Origin: Balanoglossus misakiensis | Taxonomy: Eukaryota > Animalia > Hemichordata | Direction of reading: 5' to 3' | DNA length: 64,000 bases | Assembly: GCA_040954595.2 (NCBI GenBank) | Contig: CM082578.2 | Span: 9,905,519-9,969,518, forward strand | Shown here: one piece after another, positions 26,419 to 41,400 of the stretch | Layout: every line of letters starts with the position of its first letter | Position numbering within the stretch: position 1 is the first letter of the stretch | Notes under the pieces: generated by a model | Database searches by the model: none | Told to the model about the DNA's origin: nothing | Seen by the model: only the letters and a program-made list of their open reading frames with translations | Translations under genes and position numbers: made by a program

Positions 26419-29400
26419 CTAAAGTTGGTAGTTTCTGGTGGCGTCTTTCAGTTGCTGATAAACTGGTTGATAGTTTCTCTGCATCCACTGAATGTTGAGT
26501 TTGACCTTGTCGACTGCAGCCTGGTAACTGCTGGTGGTAAAGCCCGGCATATCCTGGTACTTGTTGCCAAATGCTTGAAGCTGGAAATAGTAAAACGCGG
26601 GAAAAATCAGTGAAATTTGTAATTTATTTATGTAGGCGATAAATTACCGATTCCATGAACATCTACCCATACAGTGTAAACACATCTAAGTTCAGACTAA
26701 TAGCATGTTTAATCGTTCAAGAGGATAACTTCAAAATGTATGTAACATCTACACGTGGAATGAAGCGAAGTTTACATGTACCTTGAGCAGGTCCAGTTCA
26801 GTGTTCATATAATCAGCAAACTGCCACACGATGCTAAAAGCACCATTGCCATGACTACAAAACAGAATGATATTAACAGTTTTGTTAATTTTTTAAGAAC
26901 AAATCAGTTGTTAGGATAACAGGTTGTACAGAAGGATTTACAATACAAATTATTCAAGTGGCAACTTTTGAAGCAAACTTACGCCTCCTTCAGGGCATCC
27001 CAGTTATTTATTGCAAAGTCCCATGCAAAGGAGAAACCGGAGTTTTGAAGAACACTTCCAATGACGCTGTCCGCTTCGTTCTTGGACAGGGCATATTCCA
27101 TATACCTACGGAAAAATACATGGCACCCTATTAATCTACTTTTGGAAAAAAAATCGACACACAACAGGACTAAACCACTACACGTAAATGATGGTAATCG
27201 TAATGACTCGCTTTGATGATATCGATGATACATTGATGAAGTGACCTGGTTTACCCACCGAAATAGACTGACTATATTGTGTTCCTTTCAACATAAAATT
27301 TGTTTAAGAATGTAGCTTGTGGGCCACTTTTCTCATATGGGCATTATCGAGTGAGTGTAAACTACAATTATATAGAAAGTACCTCTCCAGAATCCATTGC
27401 TCTTTGCTACATGCAAGCGCTGACCGCATCCGGGTTCTTTCATCTGCGGGTATTCGGTCATTGTCATAGAGACTCCAAGCTTCCTCCCATAGATTTTCAC
27501 TGCCATATTTCACAGCTGTACAATACACGGTGTCCTTGACATTTGAATGAATAGACCTGTTGGGTTAGATAAAAAAATAATAGATGTTTTCAAGATAAAT
27601 GCGAAGAAATGATATGTCTTCTTTTATGGATGGTCCAATCATTTCCCTAGAAACTAAAACGAGTAGGCAGTTCCTCGCAAAGACAAAACCTTGTCACCGT
27701 ACAGAACAGCATGGCCAATGAATTTGCTTTTGTATGTATGAAGCAAGTGAATTAACCCAAGGAGCGGTTAATGGTATACATGTACACAAAGTTGGAATAA
27801 CTGAACACTAGGGGACTGTGCGTGTAGACCCGCTTGGAAACCGGCAAGGTCAAATACAGGTTACCAATGAGAGATTTTTGCAAATTCACTTACTCCGTGT
27901 CGTTGATATTGGCAAGCCATTGGCTAAACTGCACCTTTGCCATATCTGTGCAATGTCCGTGACCATAGTAACACGCTGTTTTGATTGCGTCTATCTGTTT
28001 GTAACTGCAGGAGAGAATGGTTATAAGTGAACATCCACATGGTACATAAACATTGGGTCGCAATAAATTATAATGTATTAGAAGGTACAAATTCACAGTT
28101 CATCACGACTGATCAACACACCAGGTAGAACCATCGGCTCTCCAAAATACGTCTGACACATGCACACACACAAAGCACAGCTAAACTACATTGATTACCA
28201 AATTCACATGTAACAACAATGGGGTGATCACAGCCGCTACTCAAATTGGCTTCGAGGAACCCAAACATATTCGCGGACTTTCTGCTTCTTCAAGAATTCT
28301 CTGAGAAGGCAGAATGTACAGAGATGACTTACTATTGGAGATGAAGGTCGTGACTGAAGTCCCATTCAAGTTCCCAGTAGCTGTTGTTTATGAGGTATCG
28401 CATGTGTCTCTGCAAGTAAGGACAGACATGGCAACTTGTTATTGGTATAGCATCATTCTGGCACGAGAGATTCTTTATAGTTTTCAATAAATTCCAGAAA
28501 CCGATTGATTCGCGCACTTAGTCGGAGTGTTAAACTAAACAATTACCTCCAAGTAACCAAATGCTGCAGTTCTCTTCACCATATCTCTGGTGTATCCGTG
28601 TCTTAAGATTGCCGTGTACCAGGGTAGGGTTTCCGTCTCTTTTGACAAATACTCCAACAACTTGATGGAGTAGACTTGGTCCATTTGGTGGGCGTTTGCA
28701 ATGGAGAATGCTTCTTCCAACAGCTGTGACCTTGTCCGGACAGGGATGGCCTGAAAAATGTCAAGATCCCTTAGTGAATAACATCATATTTGCGAAGGTC
28801 AAGATGTTTTGAGAAACACGCACCATGCACATACATCATACACAGGGGATTGTCTCCAACTTACACTATGATCCCCATCTTTCAGGAATGTTGCCAACTT
28901 ATCCCAGTTTTCGTTGTCGTATAGGACACGGTAATAGCCTCTGTGGTCGACATTTACCAAGTACCAATCATCACTTGAAGAAGATGTCAGTGTGAAATTA
29001 GCTGAAACAAGGAATAAATACGGTAGATAACAAGAACTTTACATAAATCGGCATAGAATCATCATCCGATAGGCTTGGAAGGCTAAACTTCTGGTCATAT
29101 GCCTCATGTGGACGTTCGACAATCATGAATCAAGTACTTTCCTTTTGTCCTTTGCAGAAATTCCAATTTATTAAATGTAATGGTCCCTGACAAGTATATG
29201 AAAAACGCCCGGCAGTAACATACCTGGTCCCATGTTCATCCATGTTTCATGTGGACTATCAAATCCCATTTCTCCTTGATCAGTGTAGGTTAAATGGACA
29301 TACCACTTATATCTGTAGGAAATAATAATAAATTAAAGGATAAATTCAATTGCAGAGTTCCCATAATGAAACATCTGAAAACATACGGGTTCGTCTTTCC

Positions 29401-32400
29401 ATACCATCTTTGTGAGCAATTCATTCGAAAATGGTAATCACAATTCCCTCGACAAATCAAATGATAATTTAAAGTTCTCATAAAGTTAACAATAATTTAG
29501 CAGTGGAACTTGGATGCTTCATCGTCTTTGAATTCAAACGATGTAAGTGGACTGAAATCGGGTATGAAAGAGCACTATTGAACTTGCCCCATGTCAAAGT
29601 AGTCGTTGTTTGGTTCCTCGTTCGGATCCATGATGAACCTCTTCTGCTCTGCATGGACGAAGTTACCGTCACGTGTTACAGTGATGATGGGGTATCCCAT
29701 CTGCAGTGTCCATGTATCCATCACCTTTTGTACGTCAGTGTCCTTCTTGCCCTCATCAGCCTGTGTTAATACGGACCATTTCACAAAATATTTGTTTTTT
29801 GTTTGCTTATTCACCGAGAACATGTATAAATGTTTCACATATACATGTAGATTGTTCGTATCGATGACAATTTGATCTGGACTAAAGTCAGTATGATGTG
29901 AAAAATAATAATAATAGGCCACTATTCTACATATATACAAAGGTTATTTCCGACTGAAACAGAATCTTGGTAATAACCTTGGTAATAATAATCAGTAGAA
30001 TTAATCACATTGATTTACCTTAGTCAGTTCAGCAAATAGGTCATGCGACACTGTATTGGAATTTTCGTGTTCATTCAGGTAGTTTTGAAGTCCCGTCTTC
30101 AGAGTGTCCTCACCAAGGAAGGTCCTCATCATCATGATCAGTGATGAGCCCTATCATAAAGAAGCCAAAAATGAACCTTTCTGGAAACGTTGTAACTTTT
30201 AAGGTGCCTCCTCAAACACAGAATGGCATAATCCACGTATTTGTTTACATGTACATGCCATACTTACCCTCTGGTATGCTATTCTGTCAAACTGACTCCT
30301 GATTTCGTCAGGCCACCCAAGTGGTCTGACGGTCGGATGAGAGGACCATGAATCGTCGAAGTCGAAGGCCGGATACAAGTCCTCACGAGGTTGAAACTGG
30401 TCAAACTATAAAAAGAAAAAGTGACGAAATAGCTTTATCATTGTAATGTAAATTGTATATACCACTGTACAGTTTGGGTCCTATAAAAATATTCTACACA
30501 TTATCCTTTCATATGCGGAGTTTTCTATAACTATGGAATATTATGCGAAATGTTAGTATTCGAAGTGATTTGCGTAAATAATCAGCAATGGTTATTATTT
30601 ACTCTATTCACATCCCTTTGGTGGCATGGGACAGAGGAGCATCATACTAAAGCAATAAGCACTCCAACAAAATAAAAGCAATTAACAATTGGAACAAACC
30701 ACTCACCATCTGCCATGATGGTTCAACGACTTCCAATGGTGGACATTCCAAGTAACTTGCAAAGCCTTCGTTCAACCATAGGTGATCCCACCATTCCATT
30801 GTAACATGGTTACCAAACCACTGGAACAATAAAGATTTAATGCATGTGAGAAACAAATGGTAGTGGTGTGGAATAAATGGTACCGTGATTTATGTTTAAC
30901 CTGTCACCCCAAGTTCCCTCTAGAGAGGTCCAACCGTACCATAGAAAACAGTGTGTTTGGACTGAACCATGGTGGTGAAACTTTATTCCCAAATTTAAGA
31001 GACAATCCTCTAACGTTGCCCCAGGAAGGTTTGAGACGTTGACTTTCGAGACGCGTAAATCCTTGAAGATTCATCTGACGTAACGTTACACTCACCATAT
31101 GAGCTAACTCATGGGCAACGACAAAAGCGACGCCATGTTTCCTGTACTGAGTGTGATATTCGGGATCATAGACAAGATAGCTCTCCCTGTACAGGATCAA
31201 TCCCCAGTTCTCCATCGCACCAGAAGCAAAGTCGGGAACGGCCACCATATCTACATAGAAATTTCGTGACAATGGACAGTTACACTTGGAAGCTTGCAAA
31301 TTGAAATTAAGACAATTTAACTAAACGAATGTAAGTGGGAAAAGTAAATTCCACATTAATTTCTCGTTACCTTCTTTTGGGAGAGGATATGGGATTTCGA
31401 AGTAATCTTCAAAGTATGTCATAATAGCACTTCCAACGTGGAGGGAATAGTTCAAATGTGGCACCAGTTCTTTGCGGGCCCACACTCGCATCTGTGAAAA
31501 TAACACACATCGAGTTACAGTGTTTTACAGACTTCCAAAAGAAAAACGTTTTGGGTAATCTAAACAAGACCATAAATACAAGACGACTATCCCTAGTTCT
31601 CGTTAAACCGCCTTGCTACTTACCGTTATGTTGTTAGGTGTCGTCATTTCCAGACTTCCAAAGTCCGCAACGACTATCGCAATGAGGTATGTTGGCATGA
31701 CAACACTCGTAGTTTCGTAGACAGTAGTATTCCATCCGCCATTATGACTCGTTTCCATCACTGGCATGTTGCACAGAGCGACTCGCGAAGGCCTGTGTAT
31801 GATGGTTACGTCGAAGTATGCTTTGAGTTGTGGTTCATCGAAACATGGGAATGCTCGTCTGGCGAAGGTTGATTCAAACTGCGTTCCTATGGCATGCCTG
31901 AAAGAGAGCGCGGCGATCATTTTGGTGAGCCAGGGTTTAATACCGTGATCTGAATCCGCAATGAGCATTTTCATTGTATATTTGAAAGCTATACTTACTT
32001 CAGTTGGTTGTCTTCACCTTCAGTGTAATTACTTAGGTAGAGTCCCCTGAAGTCGGCGTGGTGGAGTGTTCCAGTGAACAGGTTAATTGTAACTCTGTAC
32101 TCATTTCCCCGCTGGAGCTCGCTCACGAGATGGATCTTCACAAACTCGTACTTTTCGATTATTTCCACTCTATCGACTGCGGTGGTTTGTCCAGAAGCCG
32201 TGTTTTCTACGGTGATCATTGAGTCTGAAGCGTTTACTTTCATAGTGTCGTGCGCATGCAAGATGATGAGGTCTGTCTCATTAGAGACATCGAACGTGAT
32301 GGCGACGCTGCCATCGAAGGAGAACCTCTTCTCGCCGTCTTCTTCATCCAAATAAGGTTTGATGGTAACGTCGTAATGTGATGGCTTCAATGACTCGAGC

Positions 32401-32414
32401 AATCGTCCGTCAAA
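26419..32414 (-). CDS. M1 module G (complete, C-terminal; roughly 890 aa from summed exon lengths)
   Basis: [13 protein letters not shown]; [10 protein letters not shown]; [31 protein letters not shown]; [11 protein letters not shown]. The last exon (26580-26419) reads [10 protein letters not shown]...[23 protein letters not shown]. Confidence 0.9.
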
Positions 32415-35400
32415 TTGTTCCCTCTCCACGGGCACCTCGGTGTAATTTGTTGCTTGTACCAACTGTTGGTAAACTGCGTCATAATTCCTTTCCATCCACT
32501 GGATGTTGAGTTTCACCTTGTCCACGTGACTATCGTATGTGCTCTTCGTAAAGCCCGGTGTATATTGATTCTTTCGGCCAAATTCCTCGAGCTAAAAAGG
32601 ATTTAAGAAAAGAGATATGCAACATCAGTACCATCGGTTCAGTGCTGGCTCAGTCTCCCATACACAATCATATCAATATGGTAACTGGCAGGGTAACATT
32701 TCAATGGAATAGTCCACGAATGCGAATCCAATTTTATGTTCAGAAGACTCGCTAAAAGAAAACATTCAGACAGGTTGCATCATAATAAACACATATAGAA
32801 TTATATGAAATGTTTCTCGAACTTACATTTGCCAAATCTGCATCGGTGTTCATGTAGTCTGTAAACTGCCAAACGACGCTGAAAGCTCCGTTTCCGTGAC
32901 TGAAATGAAAAATAAAACACGGTCATGCTGAGTAATCACACGTAATTTCAAAAGCTAGTTCAACGTCAATGCAAGCACAGAAATGTCATGTAACATACGC
33001 TGCTCTGAGTGCATCCCAGTTGGCCATGGTGAACTCCCATGCCAGGGAGTATCCAAAGGGCGAGTTGTTAAGTACATCACTGATTGCGGTGTTTGCATTC
33101 TTCTTGGCCAAAGCGTACTCCAGATATCTGAAAAGGAGAGTAACGAATTTTGTCATTTTGGCATCCACTGACAAGTCATATACAACAACTGTTAAAATTG
33201 CATCCATCAAACGATAATCACTGCCTACCTTTTAATTATCCACTGTTCTTTACTACATGCAAGGGCTATTTGGACATTTCTGGTTTCATCCGATGGCACA
33301 TTGCCACTGTCATAGAGACTCCATGCGGCCTCCCAAACATCTTCTGTGCCATACTTAATTGCAGTGCAATATACAGTGTCTCTGATATTGACATGGATCA
33401 TCCTGAAGGAAGGAAAGAAAGAATAAAAGAAATAAAATAAGAATGCGCATACGAACCAAAATAATCGACCTCACAAATAAACGGTTAGCTATTACATATA
33501 ATATACTCACGAGGTGTCTTCGGGATTGTCCAGCCATCGAGTGAACTGCGACTTCGCACTGTCAATGCAGTCTTGGTGTCCGTAGTAACACGCTGTTTCA
33601 AGGGCAATCATTTGTTTGTAACTGTGTAGGAAATGAAATGACGAGTTATCATTCTTTCACAATTAATGCTAAATTACGCCAATACCTTCAATAATAACAA
33701 CACATCCCCATGCGACGACTGCTCCGTTTACTAAGTCCAGCAAATATGGCATGAGAACGTACAAATTAAAAATTACAGATAACATGTGCACTTAATGATT
33801 TCCCCCTTCACAGCAGGTTAACGCTCTTTGTGAAAAACAGATATAAATTTACCGAGGTGCTATATATATAAGCAGTTTGAAAAGGGAACTTACTATGTCA
33901 GATGATCATCATGATTGAAATCCCATCGTTGTCCGCCCCAGTACTGATTGTTGATGAGAGATCGCATGTGTTCCTGTTGGGGCAAATGTCACCAATGAAT
34001 TAAATCTATAGATTACTTATTTTGCAACATTTAAACATGTCTTAATGTTTCAACATTATTACATGAAATGAAATTACTACCTCCAGGTAACCATACGCTG
34101 CGGTTCTCTTCACCATATCTCTCGTATGTGCGATCCTTCTGACTGCTGTATACCAAGGCAGATATTCCGTCTCCTTTGATAAGTACTCCATCAATTTGAT
34201 AGAGTAGACCTGGTCCATTTGATGGGCATGCGCGATAGAGAACGCTTCTTCTAGCAACTGTGACCTTGTCCTGACTGGAATGGTCTGAAAAAGAGTTTAC
34301 ATTGCTCCATTATACATGTAGGAAACAAAAAATATATCTGGTGGTCGAATTTGGCAGAAAAGTAAAACCAACATTTGCAGTTGTAAGAAAATTTGTGTTC
34401 AGCTTACTGTGTGATCCTGTTCTTTCAGGAATGTTGCCAGTTTATCCCAGTTGTCATTTTCGTAGAGAACTCGATAGAATCCTCTATGGTCGAGATTTAC
34501 TAAGTACCAATCATCACTGGAGGAAGATGTCAGCGTGAAATTAGCTGAAACAAAAATTGAATATCAAAATGTTAAACATTCTTGTCAAGGCGAATGAGTT
34601 TGGTTCTGTCTTTGTGTGAAAAGCCCTAGAGATACATTTGATATCCGACTCGATTTTAGACATTATTTGCAGTGACTTGTTTGCATATTTCAGAATAAAA
34701 TTGACCATACCTGGTCCCATGTCCATCCATGTTTCATGGGGGCTATCGAATGCCATTTCTCCTTGGTCAGTGTAGGTTAAAGGTACGTACCATTTATACC
34801 TGCAAATACAATACATTTATGGGAGAAATGTATCAAATGTAATTTCCTAGTATCTTCAACCATTTTAAGATGCTACTTATTTTACATTTGAAAGTTGAAC
34901 GTAACAGGGCTTTGAGTGCCTCATTTTTGAAACAAGAGTAAAGACGAACTAATGTGGTATACGTTGAGCAGGTAAAATAAAACCATTCGCATAGGTACAG
35001 GCTTACCCCATGTCATAGTAGTTGTTATTCGGTTCTTCATTTGGATCCATGATGAATCTCCTCTGTTCTGCGTGGACGAAGTTACCGTCACGTGTTACAG
35101 TGATGATGGGGTATCCCATCTGCAGTGTCCATGTATCCATCACTTTTTGTACGTCTGTGTTCTTCTTGCCCACATCAGCCTGTGTTAACGTATTCATGTA
35201 AAAATCAATACACGTGATATACATACTAAACAAGTGTCGATTGGCGAGTTTCCTGTACTTATATATAATTACTGACACTCTTAAAGTTACAGAACGGGTG
35301 TGCAACAACGGAAAACTGTCTTCTGACTGCTTTGGAATCAATGGTGTGTACAAAATGAATTTTAATACTTACCTTTGTAAGTTCCGCAAAGAGGTCATGT

Positions 35401-38400
35401 GTCACGGTATTGGAATTCTCATACTCATTCAGGTAGTTCCGAAGTCCAATCCTCAGGGTTTCTTCGCCAAGGAAGGTCTGCATCATCATGATCAACGCTC
35501 CACCCTAAACACATTTATACAGGTAAGATTAATTAATAACGCAAATACATACGTTTACGTTTACTGATTATGTCAGGAAGGTACCCATGCCACGCAAACG
35601 CGCCTGCGTAAACAGTTTCATAAAGATTGCCTACACTTGCATGGGGAATATAAAAATCGTCGCTGTGAAAGGATTGTGTACAATCAACTTATATCTTGAC
35701 CAGCAACGACACGGAGCGTTGTTAAGGCAGATGATTCGAATGATGGATGGATGGATTGTAGACTTACTCTCTGGTATGCTATTCTATCAAACATGTTGTC
35801 AATCTCGTCTGGCCAGTCGGCACGTCTGACAGTGGGGCGAGAGGACCAGGAATCGTCGGTGTCGAACGCCGAGTACAGGATCTCCCTGGGTTGGAATTGG
35901 TCATCCTGTGAAAAGCAGTGACAGAATAGGACGATTGGTACTACTGCACAGACACTCTAAAACACTACCTGAAGAAAACTGGCGAAAATCAGTTGCAGGT
36001 ATAGAACCCGCAAGTACAAGCGTGGCATTAACTGGCGTTTACTCGGAATATATGCAAATGAATAGAGAAAGCGTACCATCTGCCATGTTGTCTCGACAGC
36101 ATCTATTGGTGGAAATTCATAGAAGCTTGCAAAGCCTTCGTTCAGCCACAGGTGGTCCCACCAAGCAAGCGTAACAAGGTTTCCAAACCACTGAAATAAA
36201 CCATAATATACATACATGTTAAAAAGCTTAGAGTGTCATCTGCAAACTCCGGTTCACGCGTCGACATGTTCACATTTAGTACAATATACCAGACAAAATA
36301 CAAACTCACCATATGAGCTAACTCGTGGGCGATGAACTCGGCGACTATGTGTTTCCTGTAGTGAGTGTTGGTCTCGGGATCGTAGGTAAGATATATTTCT
36401 CTGTATAAAATCAATCCCCAGTTTTCCATTGCACCAGAAGCAAAGGTGGGCATAGCTACCATATCTATAGCAGAACACAAACAACGATACATTGTCTCAC
36501 CCGGCCATTCTATAAACTCGCGATAGTGATTATAGAAAGAGAAAGGTCAATGCGGTCCAAAATGTAGATATTCACCAGCACCTTACCTTCTTTTGGCAGT
36601 GTGTATTCAATTTCGAAGTGGTTTTCGAAGAATGTCAGCATGTCACTTCCAACTTCGAGGGCGTAGTTCAAATGTGATACCACCTCTTTACGACCCCACA
36701 CTCGCATCTGCGAAATTAGCGTGATACACGTCAGTATACAGGGCCAATAATATTCGAGGTTGAAGATCCATTTGAACTTTTACTACAGATGTTTCCTATA
36801 CATGTCAAGGTGATGCCAAAAACAATGGAAATGTCGAAAGGTAAACTAGCCTCTACAACAATATTGCCGACATGAAGCTCTTCTCACCGTTTTATTGTTT
36901 TGTGTTGTCATTTCAAGACTTCCAAAGTCTGCAACGACTATCGCAATCAAGTATGTTGGCATGACAACACTCGTAGTTTCGTAGACAGTAGTATTCCATC
37001 CGCCATCATGACTCGTTTCCAACACTGGCATGTTGCAGAGAGCGACTCGCGAAGGTCTGTGTATGATGGTTACGTCGAAGTATGCTTTGAGTTGCGGTTC
37101 ATCGAAACAGGGGAACGCTCGTCTGGCGAAGGTTGATTCAAACTGTGTTCCTATGGCGTGTCTGAAAATGATAAGGGCAACGTACACATATTGATAAATC
37201 CCACATAGTACCCACAGTGTCTTAGTCCGGAACCTAACAATGAATTTCTCATAACACATTCTCGCTAAACACAGAAAAAGCTTACTTTATTTCACTGTCG
37301 CCATCGGTGTAGTTACTGAGGTAAATACCATAGAGATCGGTGTGTAGAACGGTTCCCGTGAAGTCGTCGATCGAAATCGTGTACGCAACGCCCTCGCTCA
37401 GGTCGCCGGCAAGGTAGAACTTCACAAACTCGTACTTTTCCTCGGTTTCAACTCTGTCGACTTGAACAGTTTGTGTTGGGTTGAGGGACTCTGCCACAGT
37501 GACGGTGGAAGCGTTTACTTTCAGGGTGTCGTGCGCGTGCAAGACGATGAGGTTTGTAGAACTGAGCACGTCAAAAGTGACTTCAATGCTGCCATCAAAG
37601 CTGAACCTCTTCTCGCCGTCTTCTTCGTCCAGATACAGTTGGATAGTAACCGCGTAGACTGACGGTTTCAGTGTCTCAGGTAAGCGTCCATCGAATGGTT
37701 CTCTCTCCACGGGCACTTCGGTGTAATTTGTTGCTTGTACCAACTGTTGATAAACGGCGTCAAAGTTCCTTTCCATCCACTGGATGTTGAGTTTCACCTT
37801 GTCGACATTGCTGTCGTATGTGCTCTTCGTGAAGCCTGGTGTGTATTGATTCTTTCTCCCGAATTCTTCGAGCTGAAGAAATAAAATGAGATATAGATAT
37901 AAACGGTACACTGAAGGAAATTGTATATTTGCAGAACCGCTGTATGACTCGTTGCTTTTCACAGTCACTGTAAGAACAGTTGCAAAAGTGGCACTAACCT
38001 TGTACAAAATTATTCGCAGGTCATTTAGATTTATCTATTAGCCCACCCTTTTGTTTGCAAACATACCTTTTCCAGATCTTCGCCTGTATTCATGAAATCC
38101 GCAAACTGCCAAACAATGCTGAATGCACTGTTTCCGTGACTGAAATGACAAAAAATATGTTTTTGACTACGAAAGCCTAATTTAGATGGATTCAACCAGT
38201 TATGGTTTTATATTCAAATACAAATTGAAATAAATAAACGTGAAAACATAGGACAAGAATTCTTTTCTTGTGATCAATTCACATATTCGGAGTGTACATA
38301 CGCTTCTCGAAGGGCATCCCAATTTGCCATGGTAAACTCCCATGCCAAGGAATATCCAATGGGGGAATTGCGCAGTACATAGCCGATGACAGTGTTTGTT

Positions 38401-41400
38401 TCCCTCTTCTCCAGAGCATACTGCATATATCTGAAAATAAACATACATTAATGTTTGTGGTCCTTTGTATGTGAAATAACATGAGTAGATATAAGACATA
38501 AAGTTTAGCAAGTAAAAAGCAATCACTTAAATTCGATTTTAACACTCTCAGTAACGAACTATGGTTACTTATGTTTTCTTCACTACCTGTTAATGATCCA
38601 TGGTTCCTTGCTGCAGGATAACGCCCACCGTACGTTGGTCCTCTCACCCGACGGCATATTTCCACTGTCGTAGAGGATCCAGGCTCTCTCCCAGTCTTCC
38701 TCAGTTCCATGTTGTATGGCGGTGCAATACACAGTGTCTTTGATGTTGATGTGCATGAATCTTAAGGGGGGACATATCCATATGTTAACATAACATAGTT
38801 GAAAATGATATAGAAAACACAATTTTTTCTAAACTATAGTTGACTACAAAAGCATATGTTGTCACTCACGACGTGTCTTGTGGGTTGTCCAACCAGCGTC
38901 TAAATTGGGATATGGAACTATCCACACAGTCTTGGTGTCCATAGTAACAGGCTGTCTCGATGGCATTCATTTGTTTGTAACTATTGATAAACAGAAAACA
39001 AGGAAACTGTAAATGGGATGTCTACAACATGTTTCCATGGTGTTCTGCCATTTTAGTGACATCAGCACATGTACACCAACTTTGCAACTTCACTACAAAT
39101 GTAGTAAACGTTCATTGTTGTGATTGGTGTTTGGAAGGGTGAAATGAGTAGTCAGAACTCTTCAGTGTAAACCAGAGAGACCTAGGGACTTACTATGACA
39201 GGTGATCATCATGACTGAAGTCCCATCGTTGTTCCCAGTACTGATTGCTGATAAGTGATCGCAAATGTTCCTGCAAGAAAAAGAGTGACAGATCGATGAT
39301 CATTCCATTTAACACATTCTTGCTGACTGTATATACAGTCATGTTCATCGCTGGGAAGAGTACTAGTAACATTATTCGTTATATCCAATATTATGCAAAT
39401 TTTAATTTCATCGCCTGTTAAAATAAATAATTACCTCCAAGTATCCATATGCTGCAGTTCTCTTCAGCATATCTCTGGTGTATCCATGTCTAGCAACAGC
39501 TGTGAACCACGGCAGATATTCTGTCTCCTTTGACAAGTACTCTAACAATTTGATTGAGTAGACCTGGTCCATTTGATGGGCATGCGCGATAGAAAATGCT
39601 TCTTCCAGCAACTGTGACCTTGTCCTGACTGGGATGGTCTAGAGGGAAAAACATAAGCGAAATGTTTCCACTCATACTGAAGTAACCAGTGCAATTATAT
39701 GATACAATACATTTCAATACACACTGCGCAATACGGATGCAAACGTAGGCACATCCAAATTTTCTAGTGACCATACATGGAAAATAGAATAATAATGGGT
39801 ACTTTAAACTTACTGTGTGGTCCTGTTCTTTCAAAAATGTTGCCAGTTTATCCCAGTTGTCATTTTCGTAGAGAACTCGATAGAATCCTCTGTGGTCGAG
39901 ATTTACTAAGTACCAATCGTCACTGGAGGAGGATGTCAATGTGAAATTAGCTGAAACGGAGAAATTGAAAGTGGAATAAGGTCCATTTTGTGTGATATTG
40001 TCGCTGCCTCAAACCTGTTTTATGTCAATGCAAGGGTAGGACTGTAAGTAAGTAAGTAATTAAGACTTATGTACCTGGTCCCATTTCCATCCATGTATTA
40101 TGCGGGGTATCAAATTCCATTTCGGACTGATCAGTGTAAGTCAAATACACGTACCACTTATATCTGTAAATATAAAAATATAACACAAATAATGACACTA
40201 CAAATTATATTGTTGGCAAAGACTGGCTGTCTAAGAAATAAGAGGACTCCATACTAAACATATGCATGTACTGTTTATAGATAAGTTCAAAAATGATCTT
40301 TTATTTCACGTCAATATCTAACTTGTACGCAATGTTTGCCATATACGAAGGTAACCTTACCCCATGTCATAGTAGTTGTTATTCGGTTCTTCATTTGGAT
40401 CCATGATGAATCTCTTTTGTTCTGCATGGACGAAGTTACCGTCACGTGTTACAGTGACAATTGGGTATCCCATCTGCAGTGTCCATGTATCCATCACCTT
40501 TTGTACGTCTGTGTTTTTCTTGCCCTCATCAGCCTGTGTTGGAATACAATTTAAGCATTTTAGTTATTTTAGCATTCATTTATTGGAATGAGAATGACGT
40601 ATACGATTTATCATTTGTTTATCACGAATGTACTCAATATGCATTAGACTTTATAAATAAATACATTAATAATAACCTTTGTCAGTTCTGCAAATAGGTC
40701 ATGTGACTCTGCATTGGAGTTTTCGTACTTATTCAGATAGTTTTGAAGTCCAGTCTTCAAAGTGTCTTCGCCAAGGAAAGTCTTCATCATCATGATTAAC
40801 GACGACCCCTGTAACAAATTCACAATCGATCTCTCAAATTTGTATATGTTTTAACAATGGAACCACTTTGAGTACACATATCAAATAGCAAGTAATCGAG
40901 GAGAAACAAATAGCAAGTAATCGAGGAGAAGACATACTTACCCTCTGATATGCTATCCTATCGAACATACCATCTATTTCATCATTCCAACCCACAGGTC
41001 GTACAGTTGGACGAGACGACCAAGAATCGTCATACTCTAAGGCTCGGTACATATCATCTCTAGGATGGAATTGGTCAAACTGAACAAAAGAAAGGCGCAT
41101 GAACGTCATATTTTGTTGAAGAATGTAATAACACATACATGTATATGCATGACAATATGAATTCCTATTGCATTAACAACATAGAAAAGAAGAAGGGTTC
41201 ACCAAGTTGAACTTCCGTTCAAGTCCGAATATAAACACGTGACATTGCACTCTAATCAAACATTATCACAAGGACGTTGTGGTGTTACAGATTAGATACA
41301 TGTATGCGTGTACAGAACAATAGATCATACCATCTGCCATGTTGGTTCAACGACTTCTAATGGTGGACATTCCAAGTAACTTGCAAAGCCTTCGTTCAAC

